Assembly: GCA_038245785.1 (NCBI GenBank)
Contig: JBBRSB010000037.1
Coordinates: 1 to 43,061, forward strand
DNA: 43,061 nt
Direction of reading: 5' to 3'
DNA from: Gloeobacterales cyanobacterium
Lineage (GTDB): Bacteria > Cyanobacteriota > Cyanobacteriia > Gloeobacterales > PMM-0068
The notes below the pieces were generated by a model. It saw only the letters and a list, made by a program, of their open reading frames with translations, ran no database searches and was not told the origin of the DNA. The position numbers and the translations under genes were made by a program. Below, in pieces: positions 21,141-30,429 of the stretch. Position 1 is the stretch's first letter. Each line of letters begins with the position of its first letter.

Positions 21141-22859
21141 TTATTTTTCTTTTGCCTTCCTGCGCTGACGCACCTTTTGGGTAACTAGTTGAGGGAGGTC
21201 GCACCCAGGAATAAGCTCCTCCAGTATCTTAAAACGAATATGGTTAATGGCTAGATCTCCTAGCGAGATGTGCTCCGGCAAGTCATCCGCTGTCATTTTT
21301 GCAAACTTGATCCCTTTACCAATTTCGGTGTGGTACCAGGCTAAACCCATGAAGAAACGCTCAGGGTAGGGTCCCCGCTCAACGGTATCATCCATATTGG
21401 ATTCCATCGGCAGCCAGCCAAGGCCAGGCACATAAAACTCCAACCAAACATGGTTGAAATCTGGCTCTAGGGGCAGATGGCGGCGGTCAGGATGCGGGGG
21501 ACACTTGTAGCGCCCAATAGTGCGACAGGCAATACCGTTGAGGCGCGCTAAGGCGAGCAAGACCCCAACGTATTCACCGCAGGAGCCAACCCCACGCTCC
21601 AGAGCAATATCGGGGGTATCAATAGTGGGCTGAATACCATAGGAAAGGCGATCGTAGACGTAATTGCGAATTTTGAGCATCTTCCGCAGCACATTTGTTT
21701 CTGTGCCGATCGCCTCCTTTGCGGCCTTACGAATAGTGGTCGTATCCATCGCCAGGTCATCATCATCTACCAAGTAGCGTTGCTGGAACTCGGGTGGGAG
21801 TGGCAGGCTGTCATCAACATCAGCGGGAGATAGATAATACTTGAGGCTGTACATTTCGATAGTGGCTTTCCATCCCAGTAGGCCGCCTTGATGCGGCTGA
21901 ACCTGATCAAACTGGAAGACCGCAACCTTCTGCCCCTCCTCTTCTTCAATCGTAAACGGATGACCGATCGGTTCAATGTGGCGGACACGCTGACGCAGTG
22001 TATCGGACGGCAAGGCAATCCGCCATTCAACATGGTTGAGGGTCACCGCTTCGAGGGGTAGCAGTTCTTCCACGTAGGATAGCTCCACCAAATAACCGTT
22101 GGAGAGCGTGTAGTGCGCTGCTGGGTTGTGGTGAAGGTACAAAGGATGAATGAAGGTGCGATCGCGGAACGTCAGCTGATAGGGAAATTCTGCGTTGGGA
22201 TCATCCCGAATGTAGGGTTCTTCATGGGCATAGGCAATATAGCAAATTGGTTCCTGCCCATCCACAGGAGCATAAAAGTCAATGCCCGTAGGAGAGGTAA
22301 AGGGCGTGAGCGCGCTGGATTGAATCGCTCCCGTGGCGCAATCAAGGCAATAGACAGTTTGCTCCGTGCGATCGCATACCCACAGCGCCTCGTTAAACAC
22401 TGTCATTGTTTTAGAACCGACACCGGGCTGGGGCAAGCGCCTAACCAGCTTGCCCGTATCACGCTCAAAAACATGGATATAGCCGGACTTCTGACTGCTC
22501 ACGTACACAGTTGAGTCCCAGACTGTGACCCCATCAACCGGATGGGGAAGTCGAGTAAAGATCGTCGGCACTAGGTCTTGGCGATGGCACCAAAGCACCT
22601 CCTGCCCCTTCGCAAACCAGAATCTATCGTGCGAAAGGGTCAACCCTGTCACACCAATCCAGTCTGAAACACAGTAAGGGTTCAAAATGATCGTGTCGTT
22701 GGTGTGTGGATTAATACAGATCAGGTATCCCCGAATCGTATCAACCGTGAGTAAACGGTCTCCATCAGACGTAAGTCCTGACAGGGAATAAACACCGATA
22801 GGGCGAATCATAGAATGTTGCAATGAAGCATCAGGGAACGCGCTTTCAGGCTTCAGCAT
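21141..22859 (-). CDS. Beta-propeller plus transglutaminase-like domain protein
   Basis: N-terminal propeller-like repeats. C-terminal GSCGEY, ARLNGIACR, NHVWLEFYVPGLGWLPME. Confidence 0.88.
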   Translation of the reverse strand: MLKPESAFPDASLQHSMIRPIGVYSLSGLTSDGDRLLTVDTIRGYLICINPHTNDTIILNPYCVSDWIGVTGLTLSHDRFWFAKGQEVLWCHRQDLVPTIFTRLPHPVDGVTVWDSTVYVSSQKSGYIHVFERDTGKLVRRLPQPGVGSKTMTVFNEALWVCDRTEQTVYCLDCATGAIQSSALTPFTSPTGIDFYAPVDGQEPICYIAYAHEEPYIRDDPNAEFPYQLTFRDRTFIHPLYLHHNPAAHYTLSNGYLVELSYVEELLPLEAVTLNHVEWRIALPSDTLRQRVRHIEPIGHPFTIEEEEGQKVAVFQFDQVQPHQGGLLGWKATIEMYSLKYYLSPADVDDSLPLPPEFQQRYLVDDDDLAMDTTTIRKAAKEAIGTETNVLRKMLKIRNYVYDRLSYGIQPTIDTPDIALERGVGSCGEYVGVLLALARLNGIACRTIGRYKCPPHPDRRHLPLEPDFNHVWLEFYVPGLGWLPMESNMDDTVERGPYPERFFMGLAWYHTEIGKGIKFAKMTADDLPEHISLGDLAINHIRFKILEELIPGCDLPQLVTQKVRQRRKAKEK

Positions 22860-23194
22860 AGATCAACGGCTCAGCATGTTTATCAAACAATATAGCCCTC
22901 AGGTTAAACGCCGGTTGCCTTAGTGCTCTGGCCAGAGGACACTAGCACAAACCTAGTTCAGAAGGAAAACCAATTCTGCTATGGACAATACCTAGCGGGA
23001 ATAAGCCCGCTTCATCAGCATATTGTTTTGTTATTCTAAGGATGCAGCAAAACCATCCTGACCTATGCTTATAGAGCCAAGAATTTGTCAATATAAGTGG
23101 TATATGATGAGTCAATCGGGAGCCTTGAAGCCTTAGCTTCAGCAGGTATAACCTGGTGAGCAGCACCTCATCGAAGCGAAGGATACAGCGTTTA

Positions 23195-23428
23195 ATGAAA
23201 GTTGTTTATGACCCGGACAAAGATATTTTACAAATTGCCTTTATCGAAACGACCATTGAGGAAACAGCTCAGATCGCACCAGGATTGGTGTTTGATTATG
23301 ACGAAGATGGAAATGTCATTGGATTGGAACTCATAAAAGCATCAACAAGGATGGATAGTCCCTACGCCATTTCCTACCTCGTTGGCGACGCCAATGTTGA
23401 TAAGCCTCAGCCTAAAACTACAGAATAG
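23195..23428 (+). CDS. DUF2283 domain protein
   Basis: MKVVYDPDKDILQI...DYDEDGNVIGLEL..AS. Confidence 0.85.
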   Translation: MKVVYDPDKDILQIAFIETTIEETAQIAPGLVFDYDEDGNVIGLELIKASTRMDSPYAISYLVGDANVDKPQPKTTE

Positions 23429-23452
23429 GCACGCTATCCCCATTGCAATGTC

Positions 23453-23674
23453 TCAATCGTTTATCCAGGACTCTTTCCCGACCAAATCAATAATGTGGCC
23501 CCTCAGCAAGTAGTCGTTCGCTTCTAATAGCCGCTCAATGTCCTGCCATTGGCGATCTCCAAAATGTCTCCTCAGTTCAAAAATACGCTGCTGCCGACCT
23601 ACTAGGCCTCGTGTGACTAAAGCACGAACCTCATCCTGAAAGTCAGTGATGGAATATTGATGAACGGTAAGCAT
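23453..23674 (-). CDS. DUF4327 family protein
   Basis: YSI..FQDEVRALV..G.V.RQQ.I..L...W..IE..LE.NDYLLR..I.DL...E.W. Start is uncertain (ORF extends to 23752). Confidence 0.8.
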   Translation of the reverse strand: MLTVHQYSITDFQDEVRALVTRGLVGRQQRIFELRRHFGDRQWQDIERLLEANDYLLRGHIIDLVGKESWIND

Positions 23675-23770
23675 AACCGTGTCCCCGCAAATGAAATTAG
23701 AACAACTTACTGACATAGGCTGATCTTGAAGCAAATCAGTGTTGCTACTCACATAATGGCATCTTACATT

Positions 23771-23811
23771 GTATTTTACGTTACGGATTTAACTGGAGTT
23801 TAGGCTAAATT
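23771..23811 (+). promoter_or_regulatory. Putative NtcA box with -10 element upstream of argZ
   Basis: GTA-TTTTACGT-TAC (23771-23784), then TAAATT (TAN3T) after 21 nt. Confidence 0.55.
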
Positions 23812-24141
23812 AAAAACTGCGCTAAATGTAGTGGTTTGCAAGGCTTAAATTTTCACGAAAACACTATCTATGAAATTAGTCTAAAATCCAAATTTAATAT
23901 AGAATCTGTGGCGTCTGTGAATCTTAAGTTTTGGATGAGTGGCTTGGCCATGGGGTGGCCCAGAACACACATAATTCTAAGGAACCTACTCTGGAAAAAT
24001 TGATATTAATTTGTCAGTGCTTCATGGCTAGAAATTTTTGAAAGTAGCTACATCGTGAACAGCTATGATGGGCAAGACCAAATGCTGTAAATCCATCAAT
24101 CGCCCACTACGAAAGCAATCCTGTTTAAGGTTGAGTTAACC

Positions 24142-26244
24142 ATGACTGATTCAGTGCAAATCTTGATGTGTGCCCCGCATCATTATGATGTCGATTACGT
24201 CATCAATCCGTGGATGGAAGGAAATATTCATCGCTCATCCCGTGAGGATGCCCAGGCCCAGTGGAATAAGTTGTACCAAGTGCTGAAAACCTACGCCACG
24301 ATTGACCTGGTTGAACCTCAGCCGGGATGGCCAGATATGGTTTTTACGGCGAATGCCGGGTTGGTGTTGGGTGATACGGTTGTTCTCAGTCGCTTTTTCC
24401 ATCCTGAAAGACAGGGTGAAGAACCTTATTTTCAACAGTGGTTTGAAGACCAGGGCTACACGGTTCATACATTGCCCAAAAGTTTGCCGTTTGAAGGCGC
24501 AGGCGATGCACTGCTTGATCGAGCCGGCCGCTGGTTATGGGCTGGTTATGGATTTCGATCGGAACTCGATTCCCATCCCTACTTAGCCAAGTGGTTGGAT
24601 GTGGAGGTGCTGTCCCTGAGACTGGTAGATCAGCGATTTTATCACCTGGATACCTGCTTTTGTCCGCTCACGGATGGATATCTGCTGTACTACCCTCCGG
24701 CTTTTGATACCTATTCCAATCGACTGATTGAGTTGCGCGTTCCTGCTAAGAAACGCATTCCCATTGATGAAGTGGATGCGGTTAATTTCTCCTGTAACAC
24801 GGTGAATATTGGTCACGTTGTGGTAATGAACAAAGCCAGTGATAGCTTGAAGCAAATCTTGGGCGATCGCGGCTTTACCGTTGTCGAAACGCCGCTGACG
24901 GAATTCCTGAAAGCAGGTGGGGCTGCGAAGTGTTTGACCCTGCGGATGACGGAACCACGCCAAGAGTCTCCACAAGCGTCCACGATCCAAAGCCGCGTCA
25001 TTCATCTTGAAGGCCATTTGTTGGATACAGGGCTCGTGAATCGGGTCTTAGATACGATCGTGACTGGGGGAGGTAGTTTTCAAGTCTTGAACTTTAATCT
25101 CGGCGAGCAGCGCCAAGATGCCTCGGCGGCGGAGGTCAAAGTCTCAGCTCCTGATGCGGCAGTGATGGCTGACATCATGGGGCAACTCATCGACCTTGGA
25201 GCGATGAGTGTGACCGAGGAAGCCGCCGAAGCGAATCTAGAAGTGGTCACCCTGCCGGGAGTAGCTCCTGACGATTTCTATGTGACCACTATTTATCCCA
25301 CGGAAGTCTTGATTGAGGGTCAGTGGCTCAAAGTCCAGGGACAAAGGATGGACGGAGCGATTGCTCTAATACAATCCACTGAGGGAGTAGTTGCCCGTTG
25401 TAAGCTCCTGCGGGATCTAGAGGTAGGCGAAGCCGTAGTCGTTGGCAGCGAGGGAATTCGCACCAAACGCAACGCCAAGAACCTGAAACAGAGCACGACG
25501 GAAGAATTCAGCTTCATGGGGGCTGGGGTTTCCAGTGAGCGACGGGTGGAACTGGTCGTAGAACAAATCGCCTGGGATTTACGCCGGATTCGAGACCAGG
25601 GTGGCAAAGTTGTGGTCACGGCAGGTCCAGTTGTGATCCATACAGGTGGCAGCGAACACTTGAACAAACTGATTCGCGAGGGTTATGTCCACGCGCTGTT
25701 GGGGGGAAACGCGATCGCGGTCCACGACATCGAACAGTCGCTGATGGGAACCTCTTTGGGTGTAGATATGAAAAGGGGCATATCCGTTCAGGGGGGTCAC
25801 CGCCATCACCTCAAAGCAATCAATACCATTCGCCGCTGCGGCAGCATTGCCAATGCGGTGGAGCAGGGTGTACTGCGTAGCGGTGTGATGTACGAATGCG
25901 TCAAACACAACATTCCTTTTTGCCTAGCGGGATCAATTCGGGATGACGGGCCACTGCCAGAGACTAAGATGGATCTGCTGGAAGCGCAGACGGAGTATGC
26001 TCGCTTAATTGAAGGTGCTGACCTGATTTTGATGCTATCGAGCATGCTCCATTCCATTGGCGTGGGGAACATGACACCCGCTGGTGTGAAGATGGTATGT
26101 GTTGATATTAATCCGGCTGTGGTGACGAAGCTGAGCGATCGCGGCTCAATCGAGTCAATTGGAGTTGTGACCGATGTGGGGCTGTTCCTCAGCCTTTTGG
26201 TGCAACAACTCAATAAACTGACGGGAGAATATGCTCAGGTCTAG
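24142..26244 (+). CDS. argZ: Arginine dihydrolase / ornithine cyclodeaminase ArgZ (AgrE)
   Basis: Amidinotransferase domain (YVINPWM, DMVFTANAG, FYHLDTCF, GGAAKC) fused to LOR/SDH-type domains (GHLLD, VSSERRVE, AGSIRDDGPLP). Confidence 0.95.
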   Translation: MTDSVQILMCAPHHYDVDYVINPWMEGNIHRSSREDAQAQWNKLYQVLKTYATIDLVEPQPGWPDMVFTANAGLVLGDTVVLSRFFHPERQGEEPYFQQWFEDQGYTVHTLPKSLPFEGAGDALLDRAGRWLWAGYGFRSELDSHPYLAKWLDVEVLSLRLVDQRFYHLDTCFCPLTDGYLLYYPPAFDTYSNRLIELRVPAKKRIPIDEVDAVNFSCNTVNIGHVVVMNKASDSLKQILGDRGFTVVETPLTEFLKAGGAAKCLTLRMTEPRQESPQASTIQSRVIHLEGHLLDTGLVNRVLDTIVTGGGSFQVLNFNLGEQRQDASAAEVKVSAPDAAVMADIMGQLIDLGAMSVTEEAAEANLEVVTLPGVAPDDFYVTTIYPTEVLIEGQWLKVQGQRMDGAIALIQSTEGVVARCKLLRDLEVGEAVVVGSEGIRTKRNAKNLKQSTTEEFSFMGAGVSSERRVELVVEQIAWDLRRIRDQGGKVVVTAGPVVIHTGGSEHLNKLIREGYVHALLGGNAIAVHDIEQSLMGTSLGVDMKRGISVQGGHRHHLKAINTIRRCGSIANAVEQGVLRSGVMYECVKHNIPFCLAGSIRDDGPLPETKMDLLEAQTEYARLIEGADLILMLSSMLHSIGVGNMTPAGVKMVCVDINPAVVTKLSDRGSIESIGVVTDVGLFLSLLVQQLNKLTGEYAQV

Positions 26245-26437
26245 GGGACGTTGGCAAGACTTCAGGGAAAGCTGGAATTTCAAACCAAAATGATATAGTT
26301 TTTGCAATAGAGGCAGTCAGGTCAAGCTGTTCAGACCTATGTATTTGTTCATGTGCAAAAGATGTATTAACCTAGACTCAATCAAGCTTTGGTTTTGTTT
26401 CACCACAGTGATATGATGCAGCTCTTGGGGTCGTTCT

Positions 26438-27286
26438 ATGCTTGAGATAGAATCTCTTTCTATGGCAATTTCTACTCAGTACCCAGTAATGATTATTGGT
26501 GGAGCAGAAGACAAGGTCAACGAGCGCGGCATCTTGACCGCTTTCTTTGAAAGTGCTGGTGGAAAGCTGGCTACCATCGGCATCATTCCCTGCGCTTCAC
26601 AGGAGCAAAGTGTCCTTGGTGATCGCTACTACCAGATCTTTCAAGGAATGGGCGCTCAAGTACAGATACTTGATATTCGTCTTCCCAAAGAGTGTGATAA
26701 CGAGAGTTGGTTGAACGTTTTAGACAGCTGTACAGGTATTTTTGTCACCGGAGGAGATCAGCAGCGCCTGTGTGATCTGATTGGCAATAGCAAGTTTATC
26801 GAATCCATAAAAGAGAGAGTTCATCTGCGCAAACTCGTCTTAGCAGGAACAAGTGCTGGCGCTGCGATGATGGGTGAAAAGATGATTGCAGGGGGGAGCA
26901 GCGGTGAATCTCCAAACAGAGCTTTAGTCGATTTGGCAGATGGCTTAGGCATTATTCCTGAGCTGCTTGTGGATCAACATTTTCATAACCGCAATCGCAT
27001 GGCTCGATTGCTCAGTGCGATCGCCGCCTATCCTGAGAAGTTAGGGATTGGCATTGATGAGGACACCTGTGCCGCTTTTGAGGATGATGGAACGTTTGAA
27101 GTACTTGGTAAAGGAACTATCACCGTAATTGATCCGGGAGAGTTGACTCATACGAACTATCTTGAAGCGGGTGAAACATCTCCGCTCAGCCTTCATAAAC
27201 TCATCGTTCACGTGTTGAGTCAAGGGGATCGTTACCATTATCAACATCGCTCTGTCTTGCCACCTTTGGCGACGCCTGAAAATTAG
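26438..27286 (+). CDS. cphB: Cyanophycinase
   Basis: IIGGAEDK, TGGDQ, GTSAGA, DQHFHNRNRMARL, GIDEDT. Confidence 0.96.
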   Translation: MLEIESLSMAISTQYPVMIIGGAEDKVNERGILTAFFESAGGKLATIGIIPCASQEQSVLGDRYYQIFQGMGAQVQILDIRLPKECDNESWLNVLDSCTGIFVTGGDQQRLCDLIGNSKFIESIKERVHLRKLVLAGTSAGAAMMGEKMIAGGSSGESPNRALVDLADGLGIIPELLVDQHFHNRNRMARLLSAIAAYPEKLGIGIDEDTCAAFEDDGTFEVLGKGTITVIDPGELTHTNYLEAGETSPLSLHKLIVHVLSQGDRYHYQHRSVLPPLATPEN

Positions 27287-27346
27287 GCTACATTAATTGC
27301 TGCCGATTAGTATATTTACTGACTCGACAGCAACTTACGCTGGTCG

Positions 27347-27360
27347 GTAGTAATTGATAC
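27347..27360. promoter_or_regulatory. Putative NtcA box between cphB and cphA
   Basis: GTA-GTAATTGA-TAC followed by A. No clear -10 element at the canonical spacing. Confidence 0.55.
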
Positions 27361-27532
27361 AGAATTAGAAACTTAACCTGAGATTAAGACCCATATATCT
27401 ATCCATCTCCTATATTCAATGGATAAGCAGTGGGTTCGCAAACTCAGCCCTTCCGGGGCCTTATTTCAAAACTCTCAAAACTCAAGATTACATTTACTAC
27501 ATGCGAGATCAGCCGATGTTCTGCCTAAGATT

Positions 27533-30301
27533 ATGAAAATACTCCAAACCCAAACGCTCCGGGGACCAAACTACTGGAGCATTCGCCGCTCAAAGCTCAT
27601 TCTTGTCCGACTGGATTTGGAAGAGCTAGCCGATAGGCCTTCTGAAACCATTTCCGGATTTTATGACGGCCTCATAGAGATTTTGCCAAGCCTTGAGGAG
27701 CATTATTGTTCACCAGGGTGTCGGGGTGGATTTCTGAGCCGTGTGCTGGAAGGCACCATGATGGGGCATATCCTGGAGCATGTGGCTCTGGAGCTCCAAA
27801 ACCTAGCCGACATGGAAGTGGGGTATGGCAGCACCCGCGAGACGGCAACGCCAGGCATCTACCAAATTGTAGTTGAGTATCAAAATGAGCAGGCAGGGCG
27901 CTATGCAGTAAGAGCTGCTCTCCGTCTATGTCAGAGCATTGTGAATACGGGCACCTATCCCAAAGCTGAACTTGAAAAAGATTTAGATGGCTTGATGAAG
28001 CTGAGGGCTGAAGCGGCTTTGGGAGCAAGCACAGAGGCACTGATGCGAGAGGCAGAAACTCTTGGTATTTCCTGGATTCAGTTAGAGACGTGTGACCTAT
28101 TACAGTTTGGCTACGGCAAATATCAAAAACGGGTTCAGGCTGCTCTGACTTCTCACAGTAATATTTTGGGGGTTGAGCTTGCCTGCGATAAGGAAAGAAC
28201 CAAAAAGATCTTGGCTAATCTAGGGGTTCCCGTCCCGTTGGGCGTTGTTATCTACTCCTTCAGCGAGTTAGAAGGATCTATTAGTCGCTTGGGGGGCTAT
28301 CCGATTGTGATTAAGCCCTTAAACGGCAACCATGGTCGGGGGATTACTATAGATATTCAGTCCTGGGAGCAGGCGGAAGTGGCCTACGACCGTGCGCGGG
28401 ATGTTTCCAAGGGCGTGATTGTCGAACACTATTATCAGGGAAGAGATCACCGCATTTTAGTGGTTAATCATAAAGTGGTAGCGGTGGCAGAACGGGTGCC
28501 TGCCCACGTGGTCGGTAACGGCGTAGGGACCATCGCGGAGCTGGTTGGGCAGGAAAACCAAGATTGCCGTCGAGGCGAGGGCCACGACAATATCCTGACT
28601 CAGATTCAACTGGACGACGCCACCGATGAAATGCTTAGCCGTAAGGGTTTTACCCTCGATACTATTCTGCAACCAGGCGAGATCTGTTACCTTCGGGCAA
28701 CCGCTAATCTGAGCACGGGAGGGACTGCTATTGACCGTACCGACGATATCCACCCGGAAACCGTTTGGCTGGCAGAACGGGTCTCTCGCATCATTGACCT
28801 AGATGTGGCTGGTATTGATGTGATCACGACGGATATTACTAAGCCGCTGAGCGAGGCGGATGGCGTGATTGTGGAGGTCAATGCTGCCCCTGGGTTGCGG
28901 ATGCATACGGCTCCGAGCCAAGGAGTTGCCCGCAATGTTGCTGCTCCCATCCTTCATATGTTGTTTCCACCAGGAACGCCGACTCGGATTCCGATTGTGG
29001 CGGTTACAGGAACTAACGGCAAAACCACCACCACTCGTCTTATTGCTCATATCTTCAGCCAGATTTATGACGCTGTAGGTTTTACGACTACGGATGGCAT
29101 TTATATTGGCGATCACTTGGTGGAGAAGGGAGATACCACGGGTCCGCAAAGCGCCCAGATCATTCTGCAAGATCCGACGGTGGACATTGCGGTCTTGGAG
29201 ACAGCACGAGGCGGTATTCTTCGATCGGGTCTTGCCTTCTCACACTGTGACGTGGGGGTCGTCTTGAATGTGGCGGCGGATCATTTGGGTCTGGGGGACA
29301 TCGATACTATCGACCAAATGGCCAGGCTGAAAGCGGTGGTGGCAGAGGCTGTCCACGTTGATGGCTATGCGATACTCAATGCTGATGATGAGCGGGTCTC
29401 AGCCATGGCGGAGCAGGTTGTGGGGAAAGTTGCCTATTTCTCGATGGACCCAGATAACCCGTTGGTGCGCTCCCATGTTCAGCGGGGGAGAATGGCTGCG
29501 GTTTATGAAGAGGGCTATATTTCGATTTTGCAGAAGGATTGGGTTCACCGGATCGAGAAAGTGGAGCGCGTCCCTCTTACGTTGGGCGGACGGGCACCGT
29601 TCATGATAGCCAATGCCCTGGCAGCCAGTTTGGCTGCTTTTGTTCAGGGTGTAAAAGTCGAGCATATTCGGTCGGCGCTGCGCAGCTTCCGAGCATCGGC
29701 TCAGCAGACACCAGGACGGATGAATTTATTCAACTTCGGCCACTATCATGCGCTGGTAGACTACGCCCACAATCCAGCTGGGTACGAAGCGGTAGGCAGC
29801 TTTGTGAAAACCTGGTCTGGCCCTACCCTTGGTGTAGTCGGGGGACCGGGAGATCGTCGTGATCAAGATTTGATTGAATTGGGTTCCCTTTCGGCGACAT
29901 TTTTTGATCAGATTATTGTCAAAGAAGACGACGATAACCGAGGTCGTCCTCGAGGTAATGCGGCAGAGTTGATCGTCCAGGGTATCCATCAAGTTGCGTT
30001 GGATGCTGATTCTCCAGTCCCGCACGAGATCCGGCTGGATGAGACGGAGGCAATCGAATGGGCGTTAGACCATGCCCCAGAAAATGCCTTGGTAGTTATC
30101 TTCCCTGAAAGTGTCAGTCGGGCAATCGCACTCATTATGTCCCGAAGTCCAATTCCCGATGTCATAGAAGCGGCATTTTCATCAGAATCGAAGCAAGACA
30201 CTTTATCAATGCTAGATACACTATCGCGGAGAATAATAGCAGACCCAGCATCTAATGGCGTGGAAGTTAATGCCGAAATAGCTGTACACTCCAAATCCTG
30301 A
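27533..30301 (+). CDS. cphA: Cyanophycin synthetase (CphA1 type)
   Basis: MKIL.TQTLRGPNYWSI, HYCSPG..GGF, ATP-grasp KPLNGNHGRG, Mur-ligase GTNGKTTT, ETARGG, DYAHN. Confidence 0.97.
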   Translation: MKILQTQTLRGPNYWSIRRSKLILVRLDLEELADRPSETISGFYDGLIEILPSLEEHYCSPGCRGGFLSRVLEGTMMGHILEHVALELQNLADMEVGYGSTRETATPGIYQIVVEYQNEQAGRYAVRAALRLCQSIVNTGTYPKAELEKDLDGLMKLRAEAALGASTEALMREAETLGISWIQLETCDLLQFGYGKYQKRVQAALTSHSNILGVELACDKERTKKILANLGVPVPLGVVIYSFSELEGSISRLGGYPIVIKPLNGNHGRGITIDIQSWEQAEVAYDRARDVSKGVIVEHYYQGRDHRILVVNHKVVAVAERVPAHVVGNGVGTIAELVGQENQDCRRGEGHDNILTQIQLDDATDEMLSRKGFTLDTILQPGEICYLRATANLSTGGTAIDRTDDIHPETVWLAERVSRIIDLDVAGIDVITTDITKPLSEADGVIVEVNAAPGLRMHTAPSQGVARNVAAPILHMLFPPGTPTRIPIVAVTGTNGKTTTTRLIAHIFSQIYDAVGFTTTDGIYIGDHLVEKGDTTGPQSAQIILQDPTVDIAVLETARGGILRSGLAFSHCDVGVVLNVAADHLGLGDIDTIDQMARLKAVVAEAVHVDGYAILNADDERVSAMAEQVVGKVAYFSMDPDNPLVRSHVQRGRMAAVYEEGYISILQKDWVHRIEKVERVPLTLGGRAPFMIANALAASLAAFVQGVKVEHIRSALRSFRASAQQTPGRMNLFNFGHYHALVDYAHNPAGYEAVGSFVKTWSGPTLGVVGGPGDRRDQDLIELGSLSATFFDQIIVKEDDDNRGRPRGNAAELIVQGIHQVALDADSPVPHEIRLDETEAIEWALDHAPENALVVIFPESVSRAIALIMSRSPIPDVIEAAFSSESKQDTLSMLDTLSRRIIADPASNGVEVNAEIAVHSKS

Positions 30302-30429
30302 ACGATTTAGAACGCTTAGGGATATAGATTGGGTTGATCTGATAAATGATAGGTTTGAGGGGTGATAGTACTGCTATGCCCTGACGTTGAGAGGTGAAGA
30401 TTAATACTCATTTCTCAGGAGGCTGTTTG

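Noticed and set aside
24038..24051. NtcA-like site close to the argZ start
   Set aside because: Only the TAC half matches, and the spacing to TATGAT is 13 nt, which is non-canonical.
27419..27532. 38-aa N-terminal extension of CphA
   Set aside because: The conserved CphA N-terminus begins at MKIL (27533); the extension is probably untranslated leader.
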